Assembly (NCBI GenBank): GCA_965197925.1
Contig: CBDAOC010000013.1
Coordinates: 20,066 to 84,065 of the forward strand
Length of the DNA: 64,000 nucleotides
From: Nitrososphaerales archaeon
Lineage (GTDB): Archaea > Thermoproteota > Nitrososphaeria > Nitrososphaerales > UBA213
Reading direction: 5' to 3'
This document shows, piece after piece, positions 54,889 through 64,000 of the stretch. A program made the translations under genes and the position numbers. The notes beneath the pieces are model-generated. The model saw only the letters and a list, made by a program, of their open reading frames with translations, did not search any database and was not told the origin of the DNA. Each line of letters begins with the position of its first letter. Positions within the stretch are counted from its first letter, which is position 1.

Positions 54889-57800
54889 ATGACTAAGAGT
54901 GAGCCAGATTTTATTAAACTAATAAGTAACATTTCTGACAATGAAACATTTAAGACTGAAGTAGCTCAGATTAAATCCAAAGCTCTTTTTAAAGAAGTAT
55001 CCCAGTCCTATGCCGCAGATCGATTGGAGCTATGTAGAATCTCGAGTCGTAAGGAATGCCATAGCTGCTAGCTTCATGCTCGAAATGCTGTCTATATCCG
55101 ATCCTTCTAAGCTAGATGAAATTGAGAAAGCAAGCCTAAGGCTTGCACTTATTTGGGAAAGTCTCGGAAAACTCGGTGAAAAGACAGACGTGACAAAAGC
55201 TTTAATGAATGCGGCTATAGTGTACGAATTGGCTGGGTATCAGGCTAATGCTACATGTCTAGCTCGACAGATTTATCGGAGTTTTTCAACTAGCATGAAG
55301 CCATCAGTGGAGATACTGGCTAGTGCCTTTTTGCAAAGGCTTTTCCTACGTGTGTACTCATTAGGAGATTTGCTTCGTAAAGAGCCTGAGGAGATGACTG
55401 ACCCATTCCAAATAGCTGTGGCTTCGGCGGAAGCTTTAGCTGCCGAGGGATTCATGAAAGCCAGTAACTATTTCCTCAGTGGTGATGTAAAATCAAACGC
55501 GAAAGCCAAGGAGATCTTTATTGATTCTGAACGTATTTTTGCGGATATTGGACGTTTTGAAGACTATAATATTATTCGTAGCATCAGAAGTTTATTGCCC
55601 GTAATGGAGCGTAGGTCAACTTGGATCTTTCTTGCTGGTGCATTAAAAAATAATCAGCTGTGGCATCGCTATCTACTATTGTTAGCAAGAGGAACTGGAG
55701 CCTCCGTTCTCAATAGCCCTTCTGTGTCTGAACTCTGGCCATCACAGATACATGCGTTGAAGAAGGGTCTGCTAACCTCGGCTTCTAGCAAAATTATTAG
55801 GATGCCAACAAGTGCCGGTAAAACTAGAGTAGCGGAACTATCTATCGTTCATACACTAGTGACAGAGCCCGGCGCAAAGTGTGTCTACATAGCACCTTAC
55901 AGAGCCTTGGTGTGGGAACTTGAACAAGTGTTCCTTGACCTGTTTGGAGATCTAGGATTCAGTGTGTCTTCTGTTATCGGTGCTTACGAAACAGATGATT
56001 TTGAACAACTACTAATTGGTGATGCGGATATTCTGGTGATGACTCCTGAGAAACTTGACCTCCTTCAACGAGCTCAGCCAGAATTCCTTAACAAAGTGCG
56101 GTTATTCATCTTGGATGAAGGACATATTATTAATGATAATAAAAGAGGAATTAAATTCGAACTTCTTGTCACTAGACTGAAAAGGAAATTAGCAAATACG
56201 CGTTTTCTTTTTCTATCTGCCGTAATACCACGAGAAACCTTAGAGGAATTTGCTAGATGGTTCAACACAGAGACAGACGCTATAATAGAATCTAAATGGC
56301 GACCCTCAATCCAACGTTTTGCCAAGTTTAATTGGATGTGATAAAAATGGAATCATACGATATGATGCAAGCGAGGATAATCCAATTCTCAGAGAATTCC
56401 TGCCTGGTGTTATCGAACAGAGAGAATATGAGTATCATAATCCGAAGACTGGTAGAATCAACAGAGCACGCTTTCCAGAAATATTGAACAGATCGCAGAC
56501 TGCAGCCGAACTAGCTTTCAAATTTGCAGAACTTGGAGCTGTTCTGGTTTTTTGTTCCCAAACAAACTATGTAGAGTCCGTAGCCAATGCTTTGTTAAAA
56601 AGATTGGACTATACAATACTAGGAGAGAAACCATTACCTGAATATTTTCAGATTACAAAACCATTGCGCTCTATAATGGTTGCCGAAGACTGGTTGGGCT
56701 CTAATCATCTTGTCACGAATTCGCTCAAGAGAGGAATTGCAATACATCACGGGGATCTGCCTGAAGCTGTCCGTAAATCAATAGAAACAGATTTCCGTAA
56801 TAGGAGATTCCGTGTTATGGTAGCAACAAATACATTGGCACAGGGCGTTAACCTTCCGATTAGGACAGTTATAGCGCATACTTGTCGCAGATATATTGCC
56901 AGTACTAGTTCTACTGAAAGAATCCCAAGTAGAGATTATTGGAATATCGCAGGAAGAGCTGGTCGTGCGGGGGAAGAGACTGAAGGTACCATAATTCATG
57001 TGGTTATGAACGCAACCGACGAAACAGATTATTTGTATTACAAAAAACAAAGAGACGATCTAGATCCGATCAACAGTGCTCTGTTCAACTTGCTGGATGA
57101 CCTAGTACATGATCGGTTGACTGAGGATGCTTTGCGAAAGAAATTAGATCCCGAAATACTAGCACTCCTGGTCGAAGAGGGGGGTACTGAAGGTTTACTC
57201 AGCTCAGTTGAAATGATCCTAAACGAATCGCTAGTTAAAGAACAAGTTCATCGAACTAGAAAATTGAATATAGCACCTCTTAAGAAAGCTTTTCGAGAAA
57301 CTATAGATACAATCAACCAAATCTGTCCCGATACTTCCTATTGGTCTATTTACAGTTCTACTGGATTAAGCAGTCACAGTTGTGAGCTACTAAGAGAGTA
57401 TATTGCGAGTAGGCAAGAGGCTCTATCTTCGTCTCTCAAGGAAACTAATGCAGAAAATCTCGTTTCGCTTGTAACAACAATCATGGAAGCTATAGGAAAA
57501 TTGCCAGAAATGGAACCTGAACGGCAGTATGACGGCGATTATGTCGAATTGCTTAGAGGTTGGCTGGGTGGCGAAAGCGTTTACACACTTTCTAGAAACT
57601 CCACGTTACCCACTGGGGATGTTGCGAAATTTATCGAGGAGTTTTTTGCATATTTATTGCCCTGGGGGATATCAGCTTTTAACAAGATTGCGATGTTTCT
57701 ATTCAAATTAAGTAATAACGATATTTCGGATTATACGAAATTCCTTCCCGCAATGGTGAAGTATGGAGTACACTCTCCTGCTTCTAGTTGGGCAATGACG

Positions 57801-58319
57801 GCAGGCCTCCCATTCAGGAAAACCGCAATGAACATTGCTGCAAAATATATGAGTGAAACCGAATCACCCAGTTATCAAGAGTTTCTTGAGTGGGTAGGAA
57901 AGATTGACTCCGAAACGCTACATAGAAAGTATAACTTAGAAAGTCCCATTCTTGAAGATGTTACTAGGGCACTCTCAAGGGCTGGTCATAATCCTTTGCT
58001 AAGAGAAACTCTCTGCCTAAAGAAATCATTGAAAGAAGGTACATGGATTCACGGTATTTCATATGACAACCGTAGAATAGTTGCACAGAGTACCAAGATA
58101 AACCAGTTTGTACAGCTAGTTAGAGATTACGATAATCTTATCGATCGTAACGCCATCAAGGTGTTATTAGATGGTCACGAGCTTGGCTTTGTAGATAAGC
58201 ATCTGGCGCAACTTGTTGCAATATATATGGATACTGGACTCAAATTCAGTGCAACTATCGTTAACATAGAAAGACATAGAGTACCACAGATTAAGATACG
58301 AATTGATGTTAAGGACTGA
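54889..58319 (+). pseudogene. hamB: Hachiman HamB-like Ski2-type helicase with C-terminal HIRAN-like domain; two frameshifts (~55009, ~56337)
   Basis: MPTSAGKTRVAE, TPEKLD, DEGH, LSAV, HHGDLP, ATNTLAQGVNLP, NIAGRAGR; three ORFs join to about 1140 aa. Confidence 0.8.
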
Positions 58320-58699
58320 AACGAGTGCCCCAAATGAAGTCCTTCAATCTTACCAACCAGTTCTTAACGGCATACCATCCTGCCTTCAACTACTTAACAA
58401 CTCTAGAGTTAACAGAACCCTCCGATCGCTATACTAGTGGCTTTATTTTTTTATTTTCTTATATTGATGTGATCTATTGCAAAGATCTATTAAAGAAGAT
58501 CAAAGAAGATACGCTTAGATGAACGATCCAATATATTGCCTGCACAGTACGTTCAAATCCTAAGGCACCACTTGCCTTCAGGTATAGTCGGTTTAGGTTC
58601 ATCAAAATTGACATGGTCTAATCTATTATCAAGTGCATCATAAGCTCTCTTGTCTTCATTTCAATAATAATTGACCACTTGATCTTTTTATTCTTGTAC

Positions 58700-59452
58700 A
58701 TAACTCTCATTCCAAGAAGAAAACTTATCGTGAGTTGATAAACTATTATGGAGAAGAATTAGCCGCCAAATTAAGAGAGGATGCTCTTACATCTGAAGAT
58801 TTTGAAGGCAAGAAGGGTGAATTGTTCATCAACCGCTTGGCGAAAAAAACAATACAATTTCAAAAAAAAGTCAATAAACCTAAATCTGAAATGCAGAAAT
58901 CTGTTCAACTCCTTGAGAAGAGGATGGAAAAGCTTGGTTTAGATAAATACTCCGAAAGAGGTCCAGAATTTTTAGTCGCACCATATTTCTACTTTATAAG
59001 ACTTGATCATGTATGGTATTCATATTCGCTAAGGGTAGCTAAGGCTGCATTGAAATACAAGGGGAGAGATAAGAAACTTTATGCTGTAATTGCCTTTCAT
59101 AAGGATCTACTTGATGATCCTAAAGAGTCTGCAAGCAGGTTAATAAAAGACTATGCTGCGATGGTTTGCTTTATTGGGTATCTGATTTGAGAGAAGAACG
59201 AGAACCACAGGATGTCCTTCTGAAATACAGGAATTTTTTGGAAATCCTCTCTAACGGTAAAAAACCTTTGTTTAATTTGTATGGGGAGTATTTACCCTGC
59301 TGCTGAGTAAGGTGCCTTCTGTAAGGCTTGAGTGTTGTTGTAAAGGAATGTGTTGGGGGGATTTTAAAAATATCAATGCAGGATCAACAGGATTTGCAAT
59401 GCCGCGTTACTATCTACCACAAAGTTGGATCAAACTACCATTGCCTACAGCT
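58700..59452 (+). pseudogene. Frameshifted internal fragment of an uncharacterised alpha/beta (TIM-barrel-like) protein
   Basis: PEFLVAPYFY, DGLLYWVSD, KPLFNLYGEY, MPRYYLP in successive frames. Confidence 0.5.
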
Positions 59453-59650
59453 AAATTACTTCTAGTTGTCGCAACAGGTATCATAATTGGTATCCTGATC
59501 TACTCCAATATTGACGGAGCAATCGCTTGCCCAACAGAGGGCGACGGTGTCAGGGCATGTGCCAATGCAAAGTCCTATGCTTGGACTGTAATAGGAATAC
59601 TCCCAGTGGGATTATTCTTTGCGCTGTTTAGCATGTTTGGTGGATTTGCA
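59453..59650 (+). other. Two-helix hydrophobic fragment resembling a spindle-shaped-virus coat protein
   Basis: LLLVVATGIIIGILIYSNIDGAIACP..ACANAKSYAWTVIGILPVGLFFALFSMFGG. Confidence 0.4.
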
Positions 59651-59669
59651 GATACCGGTAAGCGAACCA

Positions 59670-59835
59670 AACCCTATCTCTTTTTTAGTCAAGTTTATGG
59701 TAACTTCATCAAACGGTGTATAACTGGATAAGCAAGTACGTAAGTCTAATGAAGGAATATGCTGAGAAACTCCAACCAAACGTTAGCGATACATGGAGGG
59801 CTGATGAGTTGTATTTGAAAGTAAGAAAAAATACG
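59670..59835 (+). mobile_element. IS6-family transposase remnant
   Basis: HQTVYNWISKYVSLMKEYAEKLQPNVSDTWRADELYLKV. Confidence 0.75.
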
Positions 59836-59873
59836 ACCATTGTTGGAATATCTGAAGGGGTTATCAATTAAAC

Positions 59874-60013
59874 TGCCTTGTTGCATAACTATGAAATCCA
59901 TTACTGAATAACGAAAATATTCTATAATTGTGGTGAGAATTTCTGAATTGGGTTTTTAATTATTTAATCATAAGACGAAAAATTACAGAATTTTTGAGTT
60001 GTGCAACAAAGCA
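59874..60013 (+). mobile_element. 140-bp MITE, copy 1
   Basis: TIR TGCYTTGTTGCAYAACT; 8-bp TSD AATTAAAC at 59866-59873 and 60014-60021. Confidence 0.9.
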
Positions 60014-60260
60014 AATTAAACAAAAACAAAATGCCAAATCCTAAAACAGAGCGTATGAAATTATTGAGACCTTGCATGTTTAATCACCTTATGATAGTTC
60101 GAATCCTAATGTTCTAATCAATGAAATCGGCCAAATTCTATTATTCCACAATCTCATTTTATCTTCATTCGTAAGGCTTTGCTCAAAAAAATTCATCTAT
60201 AAAAATAATATCAAAAATGTGGCTTCATAGACGTTAACTGTGAATTACTTTAACAAATGG

Positions 60261-60400
60261 CACTTTGTTGCATAACTCAAAGATTCTGTAATTTTTTGTC
60301 TTATGGTTAAATAATGGAAATGTAATTCAGAATTTCATACCACAATAACAGAATAATTTCGTTATTCAGTAATAGGATTTCATAGTTATGCAACAAGGCA
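60261..60400 (-). mobile_element. 140-bp MITE, copy 2 (inverted)
   Basis: Reverse complement aligns with copy 1 over its full length; flanked by (A)CAAATGG on both sides. Confidence 0.9.
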
Positions 60401-60770
60401 CAAATGGACAAAGACGGTAATGAGAAACAAATCTCGAATGGGTAATTGTCTGTTCAAACAAATCTGAAAAAGAAGTGAGGCATATATTCTCAGTCAATAC
60501 TATTATCTCTCTCACAAAAAACCAAGTAATCTTTAAAAACAATCCACATGAGTAACGAAATTTTTACCATAGCACAAGCTAGACTGTTCTTAATGATTTG
60601 CCTGGGAGTCGATGATTTACTGCCTTGTACAAAGGCGACCCTGTAGACTGACTCACAGTGAGCGGAAAACAAAATATCGCAACAGACGTGATGGATGGCA
60701 TCTCTGAGTACCTAGACGAGAAAGTTAGTCAAAATAAATAAATAAATAGCAGTTGTTGGTATCTTAACGT

Positions 60771-60899
60771 ATGGGAAATGATAATGATCAAAACTCAAAA
60801 AAGGACACTAAATCTCAATACAAGATTGCTGAAACAGTAACAGCATCTAGCGCAAAACGTGAAAAACCTAGAGATAACGATTCACCAGATTCAAAATAG
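60771..60899 (+). CDS. 42-aa hydrophilic peptide upstream of the DUF6338-like gene
   Basis: MGNDNDQNSKKDTKSQYKIAETVTASSAKREKPRDNDSPDSK*; 11 bp before the next ATG. Confidence 0.5.
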   Translation: MGNDNDQNSKKDTKSQYKIAETVTASSAKREKPRDNDSPDSK

Positions 60900-60910
60900 A
60901 TTAAATCTCA

Positions 60911-61516
60911 ATGGCTCCAATACCATCTCTTACGGAAGCTTACACAGTCATAATTCTTCTGGCTCCAGGATTTCTGGCTTTTAGATTGTTTAGCTGGAGG
61001 GCTTCTTACGAGTTCGTTTTCAGTAGTTTGCAAATAAGCCTATGGAGTATAATTTCCAGCGTAATCGTCTTTATCCCGTTTGCAGCAATTTTGCAATTTC
61101 AATCGATGACGGATTTGGAAACTAGAGTTTTGCAGTATGATGCTATGATCCTTTATTTTGTGTTGGCAGTAGTAATCGGATTTGTATCTGGAGAGGTGAC
61201 CCGTCGCACCTGGAGAAAAGGCATAACCAGCGGTAGTGTGTGGGCAAATTTTGCTTTCAATAACGTTGGTGACTGGGTGGATGTTCATACAACTAATGGA
61301 GCAGTTTATCGAGGATGGATTAAGCAAATGTCAACTCATGAAACATCCAAGCGGGAACTAGAACTAGCAGTACCAGAATTATTACAAATCAAAAATAACA
61401 AGAGAAGCTGGGTGGGAGTTGGAGATTCTATTGTCTTTACAGAGAAAGACGTTAACCGAGTTATTCTCTTAAAGCATCCAACTGATCCCAAAACTGATCA
61501 TTTAGTGAATAATTGA
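60911..61516 (+). CDS. DUF6338-like membrane protein; last codons and stop supplied by the IS 'D' end
   Basis: LLAPGFLA, three TM helices, VW..F..WVDVHTTNGAVYRGW. Confidence 0.65.
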   Translation: MAPIPSLTEAYTVIILLAPGFLAFRLFSWRASYEFVFSSLQISLWSIISSVIVFIPFAAILQFQSMTDLETRVLQYDAMILYFVLAVVIGFVSGEVTRRTWRKGITSGSVWANFAFNNVGDWVDVHTTNGAVYRGWIKQMSTHETSKRELELAVPELLQIKNNKRSWVGVGDSIVFTEKDVNRVILLKHPTDPKTDHLVNN

Positions 61517-62030
61517 CGATCATTTGGATCTATTTGCAATTCTGCTGTAGCAGATCATGAAATTTCAGGAGATAACAGATGAACAGTGGAAGATGATATC
61601 ACCGCATCTCCAAGCCAGCCAGAACCGGAAGGCCAAGGGCAGACGACAGAAAGACGGTCAACGGAATCCTGTTTGTCGGCATAACAGGATGCGGATGGAC
61701 TGAAATGCCACAAAGATACGGCAAGTCAACTGCGTACCGCAGACTGCAGAATTGGCAGCGACGTGGAATATGGAAGAAGATCCTCTATGCCGCAGTCAAA
61801 TCAGCCCACAGATCAGGCAAGATGCAGCTGCAAAAAACGGTCGATTCGTCATCGGTTCCGGCCAAAAAGGGGAAAGCGTCATAGGGTACAACGAATTCAA
61901 CAGGATTTCAGGCACAAAAATACACGTTGCGGTGGAACAAAACTGACTGCCGGTCTCAGTAGTGATGGGTCCTGCAAATTAGCATGACTCCCAGATTTGT
62001 AGACGCGATGGATGGCATCTCACAGTATCT
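61479..62030 (+). mobile_element. IS 'D' copy 3, 5' part only, degraded
   Basis: Starts CAACTGATCCCAAAAC; similarity ends at ~62030. Confidence 0.9.
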
Positions 62031-62209
62031 AGTAACATACAACTATTCTTTTGTACCACTGAATAAATCAAGTTATTCTAAAAGTCTTCATGGTAATGTT
62101 GGTAACGTCTGATAACGATCTAATATAACAGCTCAAGCTAAAGAAGAACATCAGAATGGAGCGAGTTAATAATTCCATATTCCAATAAAGGTGCAGTTGG
62201 CGTAACGTT

Positions 62210-63054
62210 TTGTTTTGTAGTTACAGGACTGCTATACTTGTAGCGTTTGATGTTATTACTATCAATGAACCACCATCACTATTTCCACTTCCACAACTAA
62301 GATCAGAAAAAGATGAAGAACCTAAACCAATACAAATAGAAGAACTTAAAGCAGTACCAAAGGAAGAATCACTAATACCAGTACTTGATGAACCAAGTCT
62401 CAAACCCAAGACGCCAAAGGAAACACCACTAATATCTGACGAATCGAAAGGATCTATCTCCAGTAAAATGAGTAAATACGAATGTACAAAAATTTCGGAG
62501 CAAGAAACTAAATGTGAGATTGTTTATGATGATAAATATGAACCAATTACTCCTATCACTCCTTCCTCAAACTATTCTGTAGCGGAATTAAAGAGGTATG
62601 CCTTTGATTTAATAAATCAAGATAGAAAGGCTTTCAACGTGCAACCTGTGCTATTAGGTAACAAAGCTAGCTGATGATCATGCAACTTATCTAGGGAAGA
62701 CGATATATCATTGTAGAACTACACCGCATATGGGGACAGAACTTTGCAGTGAGAGGATATGACTATAATGTTCCAGATTTTGGAATATACTGCCCTAACA
62801 ATGATTTTCATTTACCAAAGGTTAAAGACAGAGTTCCAGATGTATGCAAAGGTACGCATGGTTACTGTAAAGTAATCGATCCAAAAAACGCTGTAGCATC
62901 TGCACAATATAATTTCATGTATGATGACGCTGAGTGGGATTGGGGACATAGGGATACTATAATCGATAAACAGTTTAACTGTGTCAGCATCTGTATTGTA
63001 TATGACAAGTATTTTTTTGTTCTAGTTCAAGATTTTGAAAGGTGGTGTAGATGA
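62210..63054 (+). pseudogene. CAP (SCP)-domain surface protein pseudogene
   Basis: YAFDLINQDRKAFNVQPV; MYDDAEWDWGHRDTII..FVLVQDF; frameshifts. Confidence 0.75.
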
Positions 63055-63458
63055 TAAAGCTGAAGTCAGGAATGAAGAAGAAGAATGAATAACTAGCTGC
63101 ATTGCTGAAGTAAACATGGTAGTAATATTGAACAATAATATTGAACAAATTGCGAAGAATGCGAGGATCCTAATTGTAAGCGTATTAGATTCAAACCAAA
63201 ACTTGATTCATCTATAGATATGTATGTAGAAGATAAACAAGTTAGAATTTTTGATTTAAGCAATCCAACAATATCCAAGCTCTACCATTAGGTAAATTAT
63301 ATTATAAGGCTCTGATTCAATCACTTGGTCAGATTAAATTGCTAAAGTTCATCATGACCTGACCTTGCCTTCATGATTCATTCATTATTTTTACTCACTA
63401 TATAATGGTTATCAGATTTGTCAAAATTTTAAAATAGCTAGTTTACGTTTTCGTATAT

Positions 63459-63515
63459 TCTAGATCTGTTTCGGTATAAACAATTAGGCTATGATGTTAA
63501 TTTTCGGATAAGCTC
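63459..63515 (-). mobile_element. Solo left end of IS 'A'
   Basis: Reverse complement matches 5697-5753 apart from a few mismatches. Confidence 0.85.
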
Positions 63516-63552
63516 TTAGATATATAAAGGAAAAGAAAGAGTTCATTTAGAT

Positions 63553-63660
63553 TATTGTTACCAATGATTGGTAACATATTAGAAAATATGCTAGCTAGGA
63601 TTTAGTAGGTTAGCGGGAAGACTTGGTTTCGCTTGATAAAGGAATTTAATGGCTTCTGTC
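63553..63660 (+). repeat. Diverged direct repeat, copy 2, with perfect palindrome TGTTACCAA-TGA-TTGGTAACA
   Basis: Aligns with 49244-49352; palindrome at 63556-63576. Confidence 0.85.
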
Positions 63661-64000
63661 TAATTAGTGGATTATACTTCTCTCTGTTGTGTCGGGTGGT
63701 GACTCTGATACTCCCGAGCAGATGGGTGGTCTGATCAGACAGAGTTCAGACTAATTTGTAAAAAAAAATAGGAATTAATTATCCTTCTTAGTTACCGTTA
63801 GTCGGCGCCGCAGTATGTATTAGGGTGCACATTGCATCTTTTGATGTTAGTAAGGAAATCCCTACGACTGTCTCTTCATTCCCATCTGCCGGTGATTATC
63901 CAGATGTGGATGACAGGCAAAGATTTTTCGCTGAGAGGATTGAAGGTCTGATTTCTAGGGAAAGCACAAAATGGCCATGGTTTCAAAAAAAGAAGAAATG

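Noticed and set aside
49831..58594. 17-bp exact inverted match aaaccgactatacctga (49831 and 58578)
   Set aside because: About one match of this length is expected by chance in an AT-rich 64-kb self-comparison; it does not extend.
49244..63660. Casposon interpretation of the island
   Set aside because: The boundary repeats are direct rather than inverted, and there is no Cas1 or PolB gene.
1..64000. CRISPR array, tRNA or rRNA genes
   Set aside because: No regularly spaced repeat-spacer pattern, cloverleaf or rRNA signature seen by eye.
63825..64000. Open frame from GTG running off the window end
   Set aside because: Only 58 codons with no recognisable motif; cannot be supported.

Overview
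AT-rich archaeal DNA, most likely Nitrososphaerota (Thaumarchaeota). This rests on tgtA, KEOPS genes, archaeal GAPDH, HMG-CoA synthase, an Rpc34/TFE-beta-like gene, several TFBs, a cupredoxin surface protein and thaumarchaeal-type IS elements. The window has three zones. (1) 1-31.6 kb: mostly intact housekeeping genes interleaved with pseudogenes (TFB, phosphoribosyltransferase, epimerase) and degraded IS elements. (2) 32.9-47.2 kb: a stress/dormancy-type cluster bracketed by two inverted, near-identical IS5 copies. It holds 2 USP, a CBS-HPF-like fusion, 2 CBS-only genes, 2 Hsp20, 2 PAC2, a TFB, a PRT and an alpha/beta hydrolase; this gene content parallels the mycobacterial DosR dormancy regulon. 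(3) 48-64 kb: an accessory/defence island bounded by a diverged ~110-bp direct repeat with a palindromic core. It holds a YwgA/Panacea-like + SAMHD1-like HD dNTPase pair, a Hachiman-like HamA-HamB locus whose frameshifted helicase carries a C-terminal HIRAN-like domain, a possible spindle-virus coat-protein fragment, two copies of a 140-bp MITE and many IS fragments. No rRNA, tRNA or CRISPR array was seen. All family calls come from motifs recognised by eye; no database search was run.
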